Part shown: positions 9,483-16,882 of the stretch, piece after piece | Layout of the letters: each line of letters opens with the position of its first letter | Numbering within the stretch: position 1 is the stretch's first letter | Source: Bacillota bacterium | GTDB lineage: Bacteria; Bacteroidota; Ignavibacteria; Ignavibacteriales; SURF-24 | Direction: 5' to 3' | Assembly (NCBI GenBank): GCA_050262615.1 | Contig: JBLNEL010000329.1 | Location: forward strand, 2,651 to 66,650 | DNA: 64,000 nt | The notes under the pieces: model-generated | What the model was told of the DNA's origin: nothing | The model's database searches: none | What the model saw: only the letters and a program-made list of their open reading frames with translations | Made by a program: the position numbers and the translations under genes

Positions 9483-9643
9483 ATGGTATACATCTTCCAA
9501 AGGATTTGAAAAAGTAAAAAAATAGAGACAGAGAGGGGCATGCGCTCAGAATATATGTGTGTGTGTATGCGGCATACTCCTCTCTGTCTCATATTTAAAC
9601 ATGTGTGTGTGTCAGAAAAATTCTTTGAAGATATGTATACCAT
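9483..9643. repeat. About 160-bp nested inverted-repeat element (MITE-like or structured RNA)
   Basis: Outer arms atggtatacatcttccaaaggattt (9483-9507) and aaattctttgaagatatgtataccat (9617-9643) pair over about 25 bp with 2 indels and 1 mismatch. The inner inverted repeat gagacagagagg (9525-9536) / cctctctgtctc (9579-9590) is perfect over 12 bp. Two (TG)5-6 tracts lie inside. Confidence 0.7.
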
Positions 9644-9705
9644 TTGGTGTAAATTAAATTAGGAAAAATCAAGACGGGATTCGATAACTAAGTAAAGGGT
9701 ATACT

Positions 9706-10623
9706 ATGAAGGCTATAAAGAAAATAATGTATATGTCAGTATTTTCCTTAATTGTATTTTCATTTACGCAGGCACAAACAACAGATACAACCGGAACAGG
9801 CACAAACGGGTCCGGCAGAACAGGCAATATAAGTACAGGCAGTGATAATACAGGATCTTCAAGGACAGGTTCATCCGGGACGACCGGCAGCGGAAATGTA
9901 GGCATAGACAACACCGGTTCAACCGGTTCAACGCATACCGGAGCTGATCATACAGGAATTGGGCGTGATACGAGCAGGACCGGCACAGGCGGAATGGGAA
10001 CAGGAAGCAGCACTGGCGGGACAGGTACTGGTGCTGGTACAGGTATGGGCAGCGGAGTTGGGACCGGTACTGGTAATACAGGCACTGGTGTCGGCGGAAC
10101 GGGTACAGGTACAGGTACCGGAAGCAGCACAGGAACAGGTATTGGTACCGGCAGTAATACAGGCACCGGCAGCAATACAGGTGATGTAACCGGCGGAAGC
10201 AGAACCGGAAGTACAACCGGTGCATCAAGTGCAGCAATGTTACGTCCGGCACTTGAAGAAACAAGTTCAAGATTTATGCAGGCTATAAACAACGGTGATA
10301 TAAATACAGCACTTACTTTCTACACAAATGATGCTACACTTCTTCCTCCTGATCTGGATATTATTCAGGGATCAACCGGGATCAGCAATTTCTGGACAAA
10401 AATTACATCGATGGGATTAAAGTTCGATACACTTACAACTGCAGATGTAAAGCCAAGTGAAGACGGGCAGTCAGCTGATGAGGTTGGAAGATATTTCCTA
10501 AAGATAGAGAGGCCGGGACAGCCGGCAGTATCTGAGAAGGGAAAATTTCTTTTTGTATGGAAACGTCAGCCTGACAACAGCTGGAAAATAGACACTCACA
10601 TGTGGAACAGAAGCAGACAGTAA
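9706..10623 (+). CDS. Secreted protein: about 170-aa Gly/Thr/Ser low-complexity region plus C-terminal NTF2-like (DUF4440/SnoaL-like) domain
   Basis: Signal peptide MKAIKKIMYMSVFSLIVFSFTQA, then TGTGTNGSGRTG...GTGTGTGTGSSTGTG. The C-terminus FMQAINNGDINTALTFYTNDATLLPP...GKFLFVWKRQPDNSWKIDTHMWN resembles the DUF4440 fold. Confidence 0.75.
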   Translation: MKAIKKIMYMSVFSLIVFSFTQAQTTDTTGTGTNGSGRTGNISTGSDNTGSSRTGSSGTTGSGNVGIDNTGSTGSTHTGADHTGIGRDTSRTGTGGMGTGSSTGGTGTGAGTGMGSGVGTGTGNTGTGVGGTGTGTGTGSSTGTGIGTGSNTGTGSNTGDVTGGSRTGSTTGASSAAMLRPALEETSSRFMQAINNGDINTALTFYTNDATLLPPDLDIIQGSTGISNFWTKITSMGLKFDTLTTADVKPSEDGQSADEVGRYFLKIERPGQPAVSEKGKFLFVWKRQPDNSWKIDTHMWNRSRQ

Positions 10624-10693
10624 TTAAAAGCATAAATAATTTATTCAAATTATGCTGAGTAAAATAAATCTGGAAAAGCACTAATCTCTTTAA

Positions 10694-10729
10694 GCGGAGC
10701 GCCCTGTGAAAAAACGGGGTGTTCCGTTT
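10694..10729 (+). terminator. Possible terminator (stem includes G-U pairs)
   Basis: gcggagcgccctg / cggggtgttccgt with loop tgaaaaaa, then TTT. It abuts the stop codon of the convergent gene. Confidence 0.55.
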
Positions 10730-11418
10730 CATATAAAAAAGATTCCTCCGCCGTCAAACAAAGGTCCATTATAAAGTTCAATTATTTCATAATTCAAGTA
10801 AGAAGTATATTTTTTAATATTTTCCGCATCCTGGACATATTTAAGGCTGCCGATCAAGAAGATCTTATTTTCAAAAATTCCGCATGCACCGCCGAAAAAG
10901 CCATGTGAAAATCCGGGCAATAATACCTGCTTCGTATCGACCAGTAAGGAATTTAAGTTTTCCTTTAGAAGAGCTTTATATATTCCTGAATCGGATGTAA
11001 TAAATGAATTATTTTTTAATGCAAGCAGGCTGCAGCGGCAATAGCCCTGATTGACACTGATTAAATGTTTTATATCAGATAACTCTTGCAGAATAGTTTG
11101 GTCTGTTATCTTCAGGTTGTGTATAAAATAGTTATCATCAGCTACAGCGTTATATCTGGCAGAAAGAGGGTATTTAGCTTCAACCGGTGAAGATCCTTTT
11201 TTAAAAGGGACAGCATATTTATTTAATATTTCGAAATATTCATTTGGGAGGTTTGGGGCTACAAATAGTTTATCCGGGGATTTAAAGAAGAATATATCAG
11301 GATGTCCCGAGATGGCTTCATAAGTAATGCCTGAAGTAGAGAGTTCAAGAAGCTCTCCATATTTTGAAAGATTTTCTTTTGCGCCGTCTGGAATTTTCTT
11401 ATCAACTAAAATAAGCAC
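10729..11418 (-). CDS. Hypothetical protein, translationally coupled to the upstream radical SAM gene (possibly an amidinotransferase/GME-like fold)
   Basis: 229-aa ORF overlapping the radical SAM gene by 17 nt. Motifs ISGHPDIFF, NQGYCRCS, ITSDSGI, GFFGGACG. The family assignment is from memory only. Confidence 0.65.
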   Translation of the reverse strand: MLILVDKKIPDGAKENLSKYGELLELSTSGITYEAISGHPDIFFFKSPDKLFVAPNLPNEYFEILNKYAVPFKKGSSPVEAKYPLSARYNAVADDNYFIHNLKITDQTILQELSDIKHLISVNQGYCRCSLLALKNNSFITSDSGIYKALLKENLNSLLVDTKQVLLPGFSHGFFGGACGIFENKIFLIGSLKYVQDAENIKKYTSYLNYEIIELYNGPLFDGGGIFFI

Positions 11419-12418
11419 GGAATTCCCTTTCGTTCAGATTATAGTCTCCATTAAATCTGACATATCTGAAATTCTGTTCCAGGGTCTTTTTATTCTTTGC
11501 ATTATAACCAACGGCATAATTAAACTCTTTCGGATTAATATGGATCTCAACTTTTGAACCTTTCATTTTAGTAACCGGCAGAAGCATATCATGCCAGATC
11601 TCAGTAAGCACCAGTTCGCGGAATGAAATATGAAATGGTCCGCAGACCAGGCTTTCTCCGTTCAATAAGCCTTCAGAGGGGTGCAGACCCATACGGATCA
11701 CATTTACGTTAGCAATTTCAAACCTTTTCAGAATTTCCTTTGACCAGTTTACTGCAGTATCTAAAGAAAGCGGTATATACTTTCCTTTTATAAAGAGGCT
11801 CTCAAGTTTTGTATCCCTGATAACAAGGGTCGGATAAATTCTTGTGTTATCAGCGCCAAGTTCAATTATCTTACCGGCAGTGTATAAGGATTTTTCAAGC
11901 GTATCACCCGGAAGACCTATCATCATCTGCAGTCCAAGGGAAAAACCCTCTTTTCTTATCATTTCAGAAGCCTTAAAGATATCTTCTGCCTTATGTCCCC
12001 TGCCTGAGAGTCTTAAGACGTCCTCATCAAGTGACTGAGCTCCGAGTTCAATAGTCTTCACATTATATTTTTTAAGTCTTCTAAGGGTATCGTGGTCAAT
12101 ATAATCAGGTCTGGTAGAGATCCTTATTGCTTTAACGCCTTTATTGCACCGGGTGTAATTATTAGCTAAAGAAAGGAGCATTTCCTGATGTTCAACAGGA
12201 ATACCAGTAAAATTGCCGCCGAAAAAGCCAATTTCAATATTACTTAAAGGGTCGATTGTACTAAGGTGAGTTTCGATGGTTTTTTTAATATCATCAAGTT
12301 CAGGTATATGTTCAGTGCCCGAGATTTTTCTCTGGTTGCAGAACACGCATTGAAACGGGCATGCAAGTTCGGGAATAAAAACAGGTATAGTATAATGTTT
12401 AATGGTTTTTCCGGGCAT
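11402..12418 (-). CDS. Radical SAM protein (ELP3-like core, COG1243-like)
   Basis: IPVFIPELACPFQCVFCNQRKISG contains CxxxCxxC. A TIM-barrel-like core follows (GFFGGNFTG, RISTRPD, ELGAQS). Confidence 0.85.
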   Translation of the reverse strand: MPGKTIKHYTIPVFIPELACPFQCVFCNQRKISGTEHIPELDDIKKTIETHLSTIDPLSNIEIGFFGGNFTGIPVEHQEMLLSLANNYTRCNKGVKAIRISTRPDYIDHDTLRRLKKYNVKTIELGAQSLDEDVLRLSGRGHKAEDIFKASEMIRKEGFSLGLQMMIGLPGDTLEKSLYTAGKIIELGADNTRIYPTLVIRDTKLESLFIKGKYIPLSLDTAVNWSKEILKRFEIANVNVIRMGLHPSEGLLNGESLVCGPFHISFRELVLTEIWHDMLLPVTKMKGSKVEIHINPKEFNYAVGYNAKNKKTLEQNFRYVRFNGDYNLNEREFRAYFS

Positions 12419-12641
12419 TTTTTAATTAACTATTAGTGCGGCATAAACATACAAACTTTATTTAAATATTTCATGTCAGATTAGAGTAACCCAGATTATT
12501 TTGCAAAATTTTAAAGAAGATACATTATAGTTTAATTAATTTGGGAGAATGAAATTCGCTAATAATACCTTTACTTTCACAAAATTATTGACCAATTTAC
12601 TTTTTAAGAAAAGGATTTCATTAGAACAATGAAAAAAGAAA

Positions 12642-13067
12642 ATGAGAAGAAAGATAGTTTTTATAATGATTTGGGGCTTTGTTTTTTTAGCCTGCGGGTG
12701 CAGGGAAAAGTTTGATCCTTTGCAGAGTCCAAATGAGCCAAATATCTTAACGCCGGATAACGGAGCTGCCATAATCAAAGTAGTTTCGCCAAAAGAAGGA
12801 GACACCTTTACAACAGGGCATGATCTAGTTGTAAAATGGACAGCAGCAAGTACAGTTAAGACATTAAGAATACAGCTTTACAAAGAAGACCAGTTAATCA
12901 GGCCAATTACTCTAAGCACCTCAAACAGCGGGGTATGGATCTGGTCAATTCCGGAGGAGTTAGTATCATCTGACAGGTACCGGGTAAAGATAATGAATGA
13001 AGCTAATTCAGGCAATTATTCCTTCAGCGAACTATTCACAATTGTGCAAGATATTAAAGTGGAGTAG
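12642..13067 (+). CDS. Small lipoprotein with an Ig-like (Kre9/KNH-like) domain
   Basis: Signal plus lipobox FLACGC. GDTFTTGHDLVVKWTA...LRIQLY...YRVKI pattern. Confidence 0.7.
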   Translation: MRRKIVFIMIWGFVFLACGCREKFDPLQSPNEPNILTPDNGAAIIKVVSPKEGDTFTTGHDLVVKWTAASTVKTLRIQLYKEDQLIRPITLSTSNSGVWIWSIPEELVSSDRYRVKIMNEANSGNYSFSELFTIVQDIKVE

Positions 13068-13295
13068 ACCCTCATCTTATCTCATATATCCCGTAATAAA
13101 TACATTTCATCACTAATTTGCATTTCTTATTAATATGCATGACTTCCTGTTGCATATAAAAAGCAATTAAATTATCTTCTACTATCCAGGGGTATTAAGA
13201 AGTAACCTGCAAGCCATGTTAAATTCTGAGTTCGTAGTAGAGTTTACTTATTACCTATTTTCTCCATAAAAGCTTTTAAGCCGATTATATACCAG

Positions 13296-13343
13296 GCTGC
13301 ATTTTTGCAAAGCTGCATTTTTGCAAAGCTGCATTTTTGCAAA
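13296..13343. repeat. 16-bp tandem repeat x3 (gctgcatttttgcaaa)
   Basis: Three perfect copies plus a partial fourth (gctgc), about 80 bp upstream of the hybrid kinase start. Confidence 0.9.
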
Positions 13344-13420
13344 GCTGCTTATGTTTTAGGCTGTTTTAATTAATCAGAATTATTTTTCACAGATATCTTT
13401 TGGTAATATCCGGGAGAATT

Positions 13421-14998
13421 ATGGATCCAGAGTTTATAAAAGTATTGCTGATAGAAGATAATATTGGTGATGCAAGGCTCATAAATGAAATGATGAGTGA
13501 CATTAATAATGTACTCTGCCGCTTTGACCATGCCTTCAGGCTATCGACCGGGTTAGAAAAACTTGAAAGCAACAGTTATGATGTCGTTCTGCTGGATTTA
13601 GGATTACCTGACAGCAAAGGACTTGAGGCATTAAAGAAAGTCAATGCCGCAGCGCGCAGTTTGCCGATAATAATCATGACAGGTTTAGAAGATGAAGCTC
13701 TGGCAGTGGAAGCAGTAAAAATGGGAGCCCAGGATTATCTGCTTAAAATGCAGATTGACAGTTACCTTCTATTGCGTTCAATACGTTATGCGATTGAAAG
13801 GAAGAAGTCTGAAGAGCATCTGCGTGAAAGTGAAGAGAGATATCATAGTTTATTCCGAAATAATTATTCCACCATTCTTATTATAGACACCGAAACAGGA
13901 GAAATAGTTGATGCCAATGCAGCGGCATGTGAGTTTTACGGTTATTCAAAAGAAGAGCTGACAAGCAGAAAGATCGCTGAAATAAACTGTTTGCCTGAGG
14001 GGGAAATCTTTACAAAAATGAATCTAGCACGAAACTATACAGACAATCATTTCTTTTTCAGGCACAGACTAGCCAGTGGAGAAGTGCGTGATGTAGAAGT
14101 CTACAGCGGGCCGATCGTATTAAAGAAGAAGCAATTGCTATATTCAATAGTACACGATATTACAGAGCGCAAAAAAGCAGAAGAGCAGGTAAGGAAATAT
14201 GTTGAAGAGCTGCGTGCAAGCAAGGAAATGCTTGAAAAAAACGCGGCTGAAATGGCCGAATTAAATAAAAAGCTGCATGAAACCAATGCCAGTAAAGACA
14301 AATTTCTTTCAATTGTTTCTCATGATCTTAAGAGTCCGTTTCAGGGATTACTAGGTTTATCCAAAGCATTAGCTGAAGAATATTCCACTCTGACTGAAAG
14401 TGAAAGGATCAGGTATGCAGCTTATTTAAGCAATACAACTCAGCATTTATACAATCTGATCGAGAACATGCTTCAGTGGTCAAGAATAGAGACAGGTAAA
14501 GTAAAATTTCAGCCTATAGAGATCAGCGCATATGCTGAAGCCATGTATGTAATAAGTCTGTTAAACGGGAGGGTTGTTAAGAAAAACATATCAATTGTTA
14601 ATCTGATTGAAAAAGAACTCTGTATTTATGCAGACAATGAAATGTTTAATTCATTACTGCAGAATCTGATAACAAATGCAATAAAGTTCACATATACAGG
14701 CGGAACAGTAACTATCTCGTCGTTTTCAGGGTATTTTAATGGAATAGAGGAGACCGGTATTGCCATAAGCGACGATGGGGTTGGAATAAGCGAAGAACAG
14801 CTTGAGGATCTTTTCCGTTTAGATGTTCGTGATTCAAAGCCCGGGACAGAGAATGAAAAAGGCACAGGTTTAGGGCTAATAATCTGCAAAGAAATAGTTG
14901 AAAAGCATGGGGGCAAAATATGGGCCGAAAGCCAGTCTGGTAAGGGCAGCACATTTAAGTTTACATTACCAAACAAAGTAAGATCACAGACCAGATAA
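13421..14998 (+). CDS. Cytoplasmic hybrid sensor: N-terminal receiver + PAS + HisKA + HATPase_c
   Basis: I prefer the ATG at 13421 (SD gggaga) over the ORF-track TTG at 13400. REC (VLLIEDN...DVVLLDLGLPDSKG), PAS (SLFRNNYSTILIIDTETGEIVDAN), H-box SIVSHDLKSP, G-boxes GTGLGL and GKGSTF. No TM segment. Confidence 0.9.
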   Translation: MDPEFIKVLLIEDNIGDARLINEMMSDINNVLCRFDHAFRLSTGLEKLESNSYDVVLLDLGLPDSKGLEALKKVNAAARSLPIIIMTGLEDEALAVEAVKMGAQDYLLKMQIDSYLLLRSIRYAIERKKSEEHLRESEERYHSLFRNNYSTILIIDTETGEIVDANAAACEFYGYSKEELTSRKIAEINCLPEGEIFTKMNLARNYTDNHFFFRHRLASGEVRDVEVYSGPIVLKKKQLLYSIVHDITERKKAEEQVRKYVEELRASKEMLEKNAAEMAELNKKLHETNASKDKFLSIVSHDLKSPFQGLLGLSKALAEEYSTLTESERIRYAAYLSNTTQHLYNLIENMLQWSRIETGKVKFQPIEISAYAEAMYVISLLNGRVVKKNISIVNLIEKELCIYADNEMFNSLLQNLITNAIKFTYTGGTVTISSFSGYFNGIEETGIAISDDGVGISEEQLEDLFRLDVRDSKPGTENEKGTGLGLIICKEIVEKHGGKIWAESQSGKGSTFKFTLPNKVRSQTR

Positions 14999-15046
14999 AG
15001 TAAAATCAAAGTCATAGGATAAAAGCAATACAAGTGCTCCGCAGCA

Positions 15047-15074
15047 GGGAACGAAATATAAAAATTTCGTTCCC
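15047..15074. terminator. Hairpin between convergent genes
   Basis: gggaacgaaat / atttcgttccc, 11-bp perfect stem with a 6-nt loop. The U-tract is weak. Confidence 0.6.
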
Positions 15075-15086
15075 CGTAGAGGTAAA

Positions 15087-15419
15087 TTATTCCTTTTCAA
15101 GCACGACAGCAGTGCCGTAGGCCAGCACCTCGGTTACACCAGACATAACCTCATTTGCGTCATACCTGATGCCGATAACAGCATTTGCACCGAGTTCCTC
15201 GGCATGCTGAAGCATAATGTCAAAAGAGTCGTTCCTTGTTTTTTCACAGAGTTCGGTAAACAGTGTGATATTACCGCCCACCAAAGTCTGGAGGCTGGCG
15301 CCTACGGTACCAAAAATCGAGCGGGATCTTACAACGATCCCACGTACAATACCGAGATTCTTTTTAATTCTGTAGCCATCGATAGTAAATGCTGTTGTTG
15401 TCAAGCTGTGGTCCAACAT
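15087..15419 (-). CDS. YbjQ/UPF0145-family protein
   Basis: 110 aa. GYRIKKNLGIVRGIVVRSRSI...GANAVIGIRYD...AYGTAVV matches the YbjQ family pattern. Confidence 0.88.
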   Translation of the reverse strand: MLDHSLTTTAFTIDGYRIKKNLGIVRGIVVRSRSIFGTVGASLQTLVGGNITLFTELCEKTRNDSFDIMLQHAEELGANAVIGIRYDANEVMSGVTEVLAYGTAVVLEKE

Positions 15420-15530
15420 ACTCTTCCCCTTTTTTATTTATAAGAAAAACAAAAATCTCTCAAGGTTTAACCAAACGGAAAATTAATTAATTCAGATTCC
15501 AGAATCCAGAATAAAGTAGTTGAGAATAAA

Positions 15531-15605
15531 TTAACAGAGAAAAAATTAACAGAGAAAAAATTAACAGAGAGAAAATTAACAGAGAGAAAATTAACAGAGG
15601 GTAAA
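15531..15605. repeat. 15-bp tandem repeat x5 (ttaacagagaRaaaa)
   Basis: Copies start at 15531, 15546, 15561, 15576 and 15591, inside the divergent ybjQ / nmrA-like promoter region. Confidence 0.9.
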
Positions 15606-15774
15606 TTCATATATAAAAAGAATGAAATTGCAGTGTTTGCAATTTGCGGTATTTTCAAAAGAATTGATTTTAAGAGGAATTGAAGCTACCTTAAATTTCA
15701 CAGTGTTTCTTAAATAAATGTTCTGATAAGAGGAGTTTTGAATTAAACCCAGGAAAACTTTAAAGGAGGAAAAT

Positions 15775-16656
15775 ATGGCCGATCGAGAGAAACTTATTCT
15801 TGTAACCGGTGCAACCGGGCACCAAGGCGGAGCAGTAGCAAGGCACTTAATACAGAACGGATTTAAGGTACGGGCTCTTACGCGCAATCCCAAGGCAGCA
15901 CAGGCAAAGGGAATAAAGACCAAAGGAATTGAATTAGTACAGGGAGATCTTTACAAGCCGGAGACAATTGAGCCGCATCTGAAAAATATTTACGGTATAT
16001 ATGCTGTGCAGAATTTCTGGGAGCATGGTTATCAGGGAGAAGTTCAGCAAGGAAGGTCTCTTGTTGATCTGGCAAAGAAAGCAGACGTAGAGCATTTTGT
16101 ATACAGTTCTGTTGCAAGTGCAAACAAAGGAACCGGGCTTTCTCACTTTGAGAGCAAGTACGAGCTTGAACAATACTTAAAGCAGAGCGGTGTAAATTAC
16201 ACGATCTTCAGGCCGGTTTTCTTTATGGAAAATTTCATTGCAATGCACAATCAGATCTTAGAAGGAAAGCTTGTAAGTGCAATCGAGAATGATATTCCCC
16301 TGCAGATGATAGCCGTAGATGATATTGGGGCATTTGTTGCCCAGGCGTTTATGCATCCGGATATTTTCGGTCATAAGGAAATAGATATTGCCAGTGATTC
16401 TAAAACCATGCCCGAAGCTGCGCAGATATTCAGTGATGTTTTAGGCGAGCAGGTCAAATATGTTAAACTGGATCTGGAGGAATTCAAAAACATCATGGGG
16501 GATGAGTATGCTAAGATGATGGATTGGTTTAACAAAGTAGGCTATGATGTTGACATTGATGCATTAAGGCAGAATTATGATGTTGATCTGACATCCTTTA
16601 AGGACTGGGTAAGGAAAGCCGACTTTCATCAGTACAAGGTCAGGCAGCATAAGTAA
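15775..16656 (+). CDS. NmrA-family NAD(P)-binding protein
   Basis: ILVTGATGHQGGAVARHLIQNGFKVRALTRNP Rossmann motif. NmrA-like length and layout. Confidence 0.88.
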   Translation: MADREKLILVTGATGHQGGAVARHLIQNGFKVRALTRNPKAAQAKGIKTKGIELVQGDLYKPETIEPHLKNIYGIYAVQNFWEHGYQGEVQQGRSLVDLAKKADVEHFVYSSVASANKGTGLSHFESKYELEQYLKQSGVNYTIFRPVFFMENFIAMHNQILEGKLVSAIENDIPLQMIAVDDIGAFVAQAFMHPDIFGHKEIDIASDSKTMPEAAQIFSDVLGEQVKYVKLDLEEFKNIMGDEYAKMMDWFNKVGYDVDIDALRQNYDVDLTSFKDWVRKADFHQYKVRQHK

Positions 16657-16726
16657 GCTGTAAAATACAGAGCTTGTGCGGAATTCCCGGCAATTAAAAA
16701 AACGGTATAGAAGCAGGCTTGTAAGT

Positions 16727-16786
16727 AAAAGGATAAAGGCAGAAATAAAAAAAAGGATAAAGGCAGAAATAAAAAAAGGATTAACA
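16727..16786. repeat. 24-bp tandem repeat x2.5 (aaaaggataaaggcagaaataaaa)
   Basis: Perfect copies at 16727-16750 and 16751-16774, with a partial third that runs into the terminator stem. Confidence 0.85.
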
Positions 16787-16834
16787 ATGATTTTATGAGT
16801 GCTAAATTCATAAAAGCCTGTTAATCCTTTTTAT
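16776..16834. terminator. Bidirectional terminator between nmrA-like and alaS
   Basis: Outer stem aaggattaaca/tgttaatcctt (11 bp) and inner stem ttttatga/tcataaaa. An A-run lies 5' and ttttatt lies 3'. Confidence 0.6.
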
Positions 16835-16882
16835 TAATATAGTAAAGCCCTTATAAGATCAAGATCTTACTAAATTCAGATA

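Noticed and set aside
9764-10292. Long antisense and out-of-frame ORFs (168 aa, 114 aa PVPVPV-rich, 76 aa) inside the Gly/Thr-rich gene
   Set aside because: They are by-products of the degenerate ggtacaggt-type repeat, which is open in several frames. Only the + strand frame has a signal peptide and a folded C-terminal domain.
1403-10705. Shared 12-mer tttaagcggagc at the 5' side of two terminators (1403-1414 and 10689-10700)
   Set aside because: With only two occurrences, both within generic GC-stem terminator hairpins, this is insufficient to claim a repeat family. A genome-wide count would be needed.
15467-15923. Minus-strand ORFs of 63 aa (VNFLSVNFLSVNF...) and 110 aa
   Set aside because: The first is a literal translation of the 15-bp tandem array. 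The second spans the intergenic region and runs antisense into the nmrA-like start. Neither has a supporting motif.
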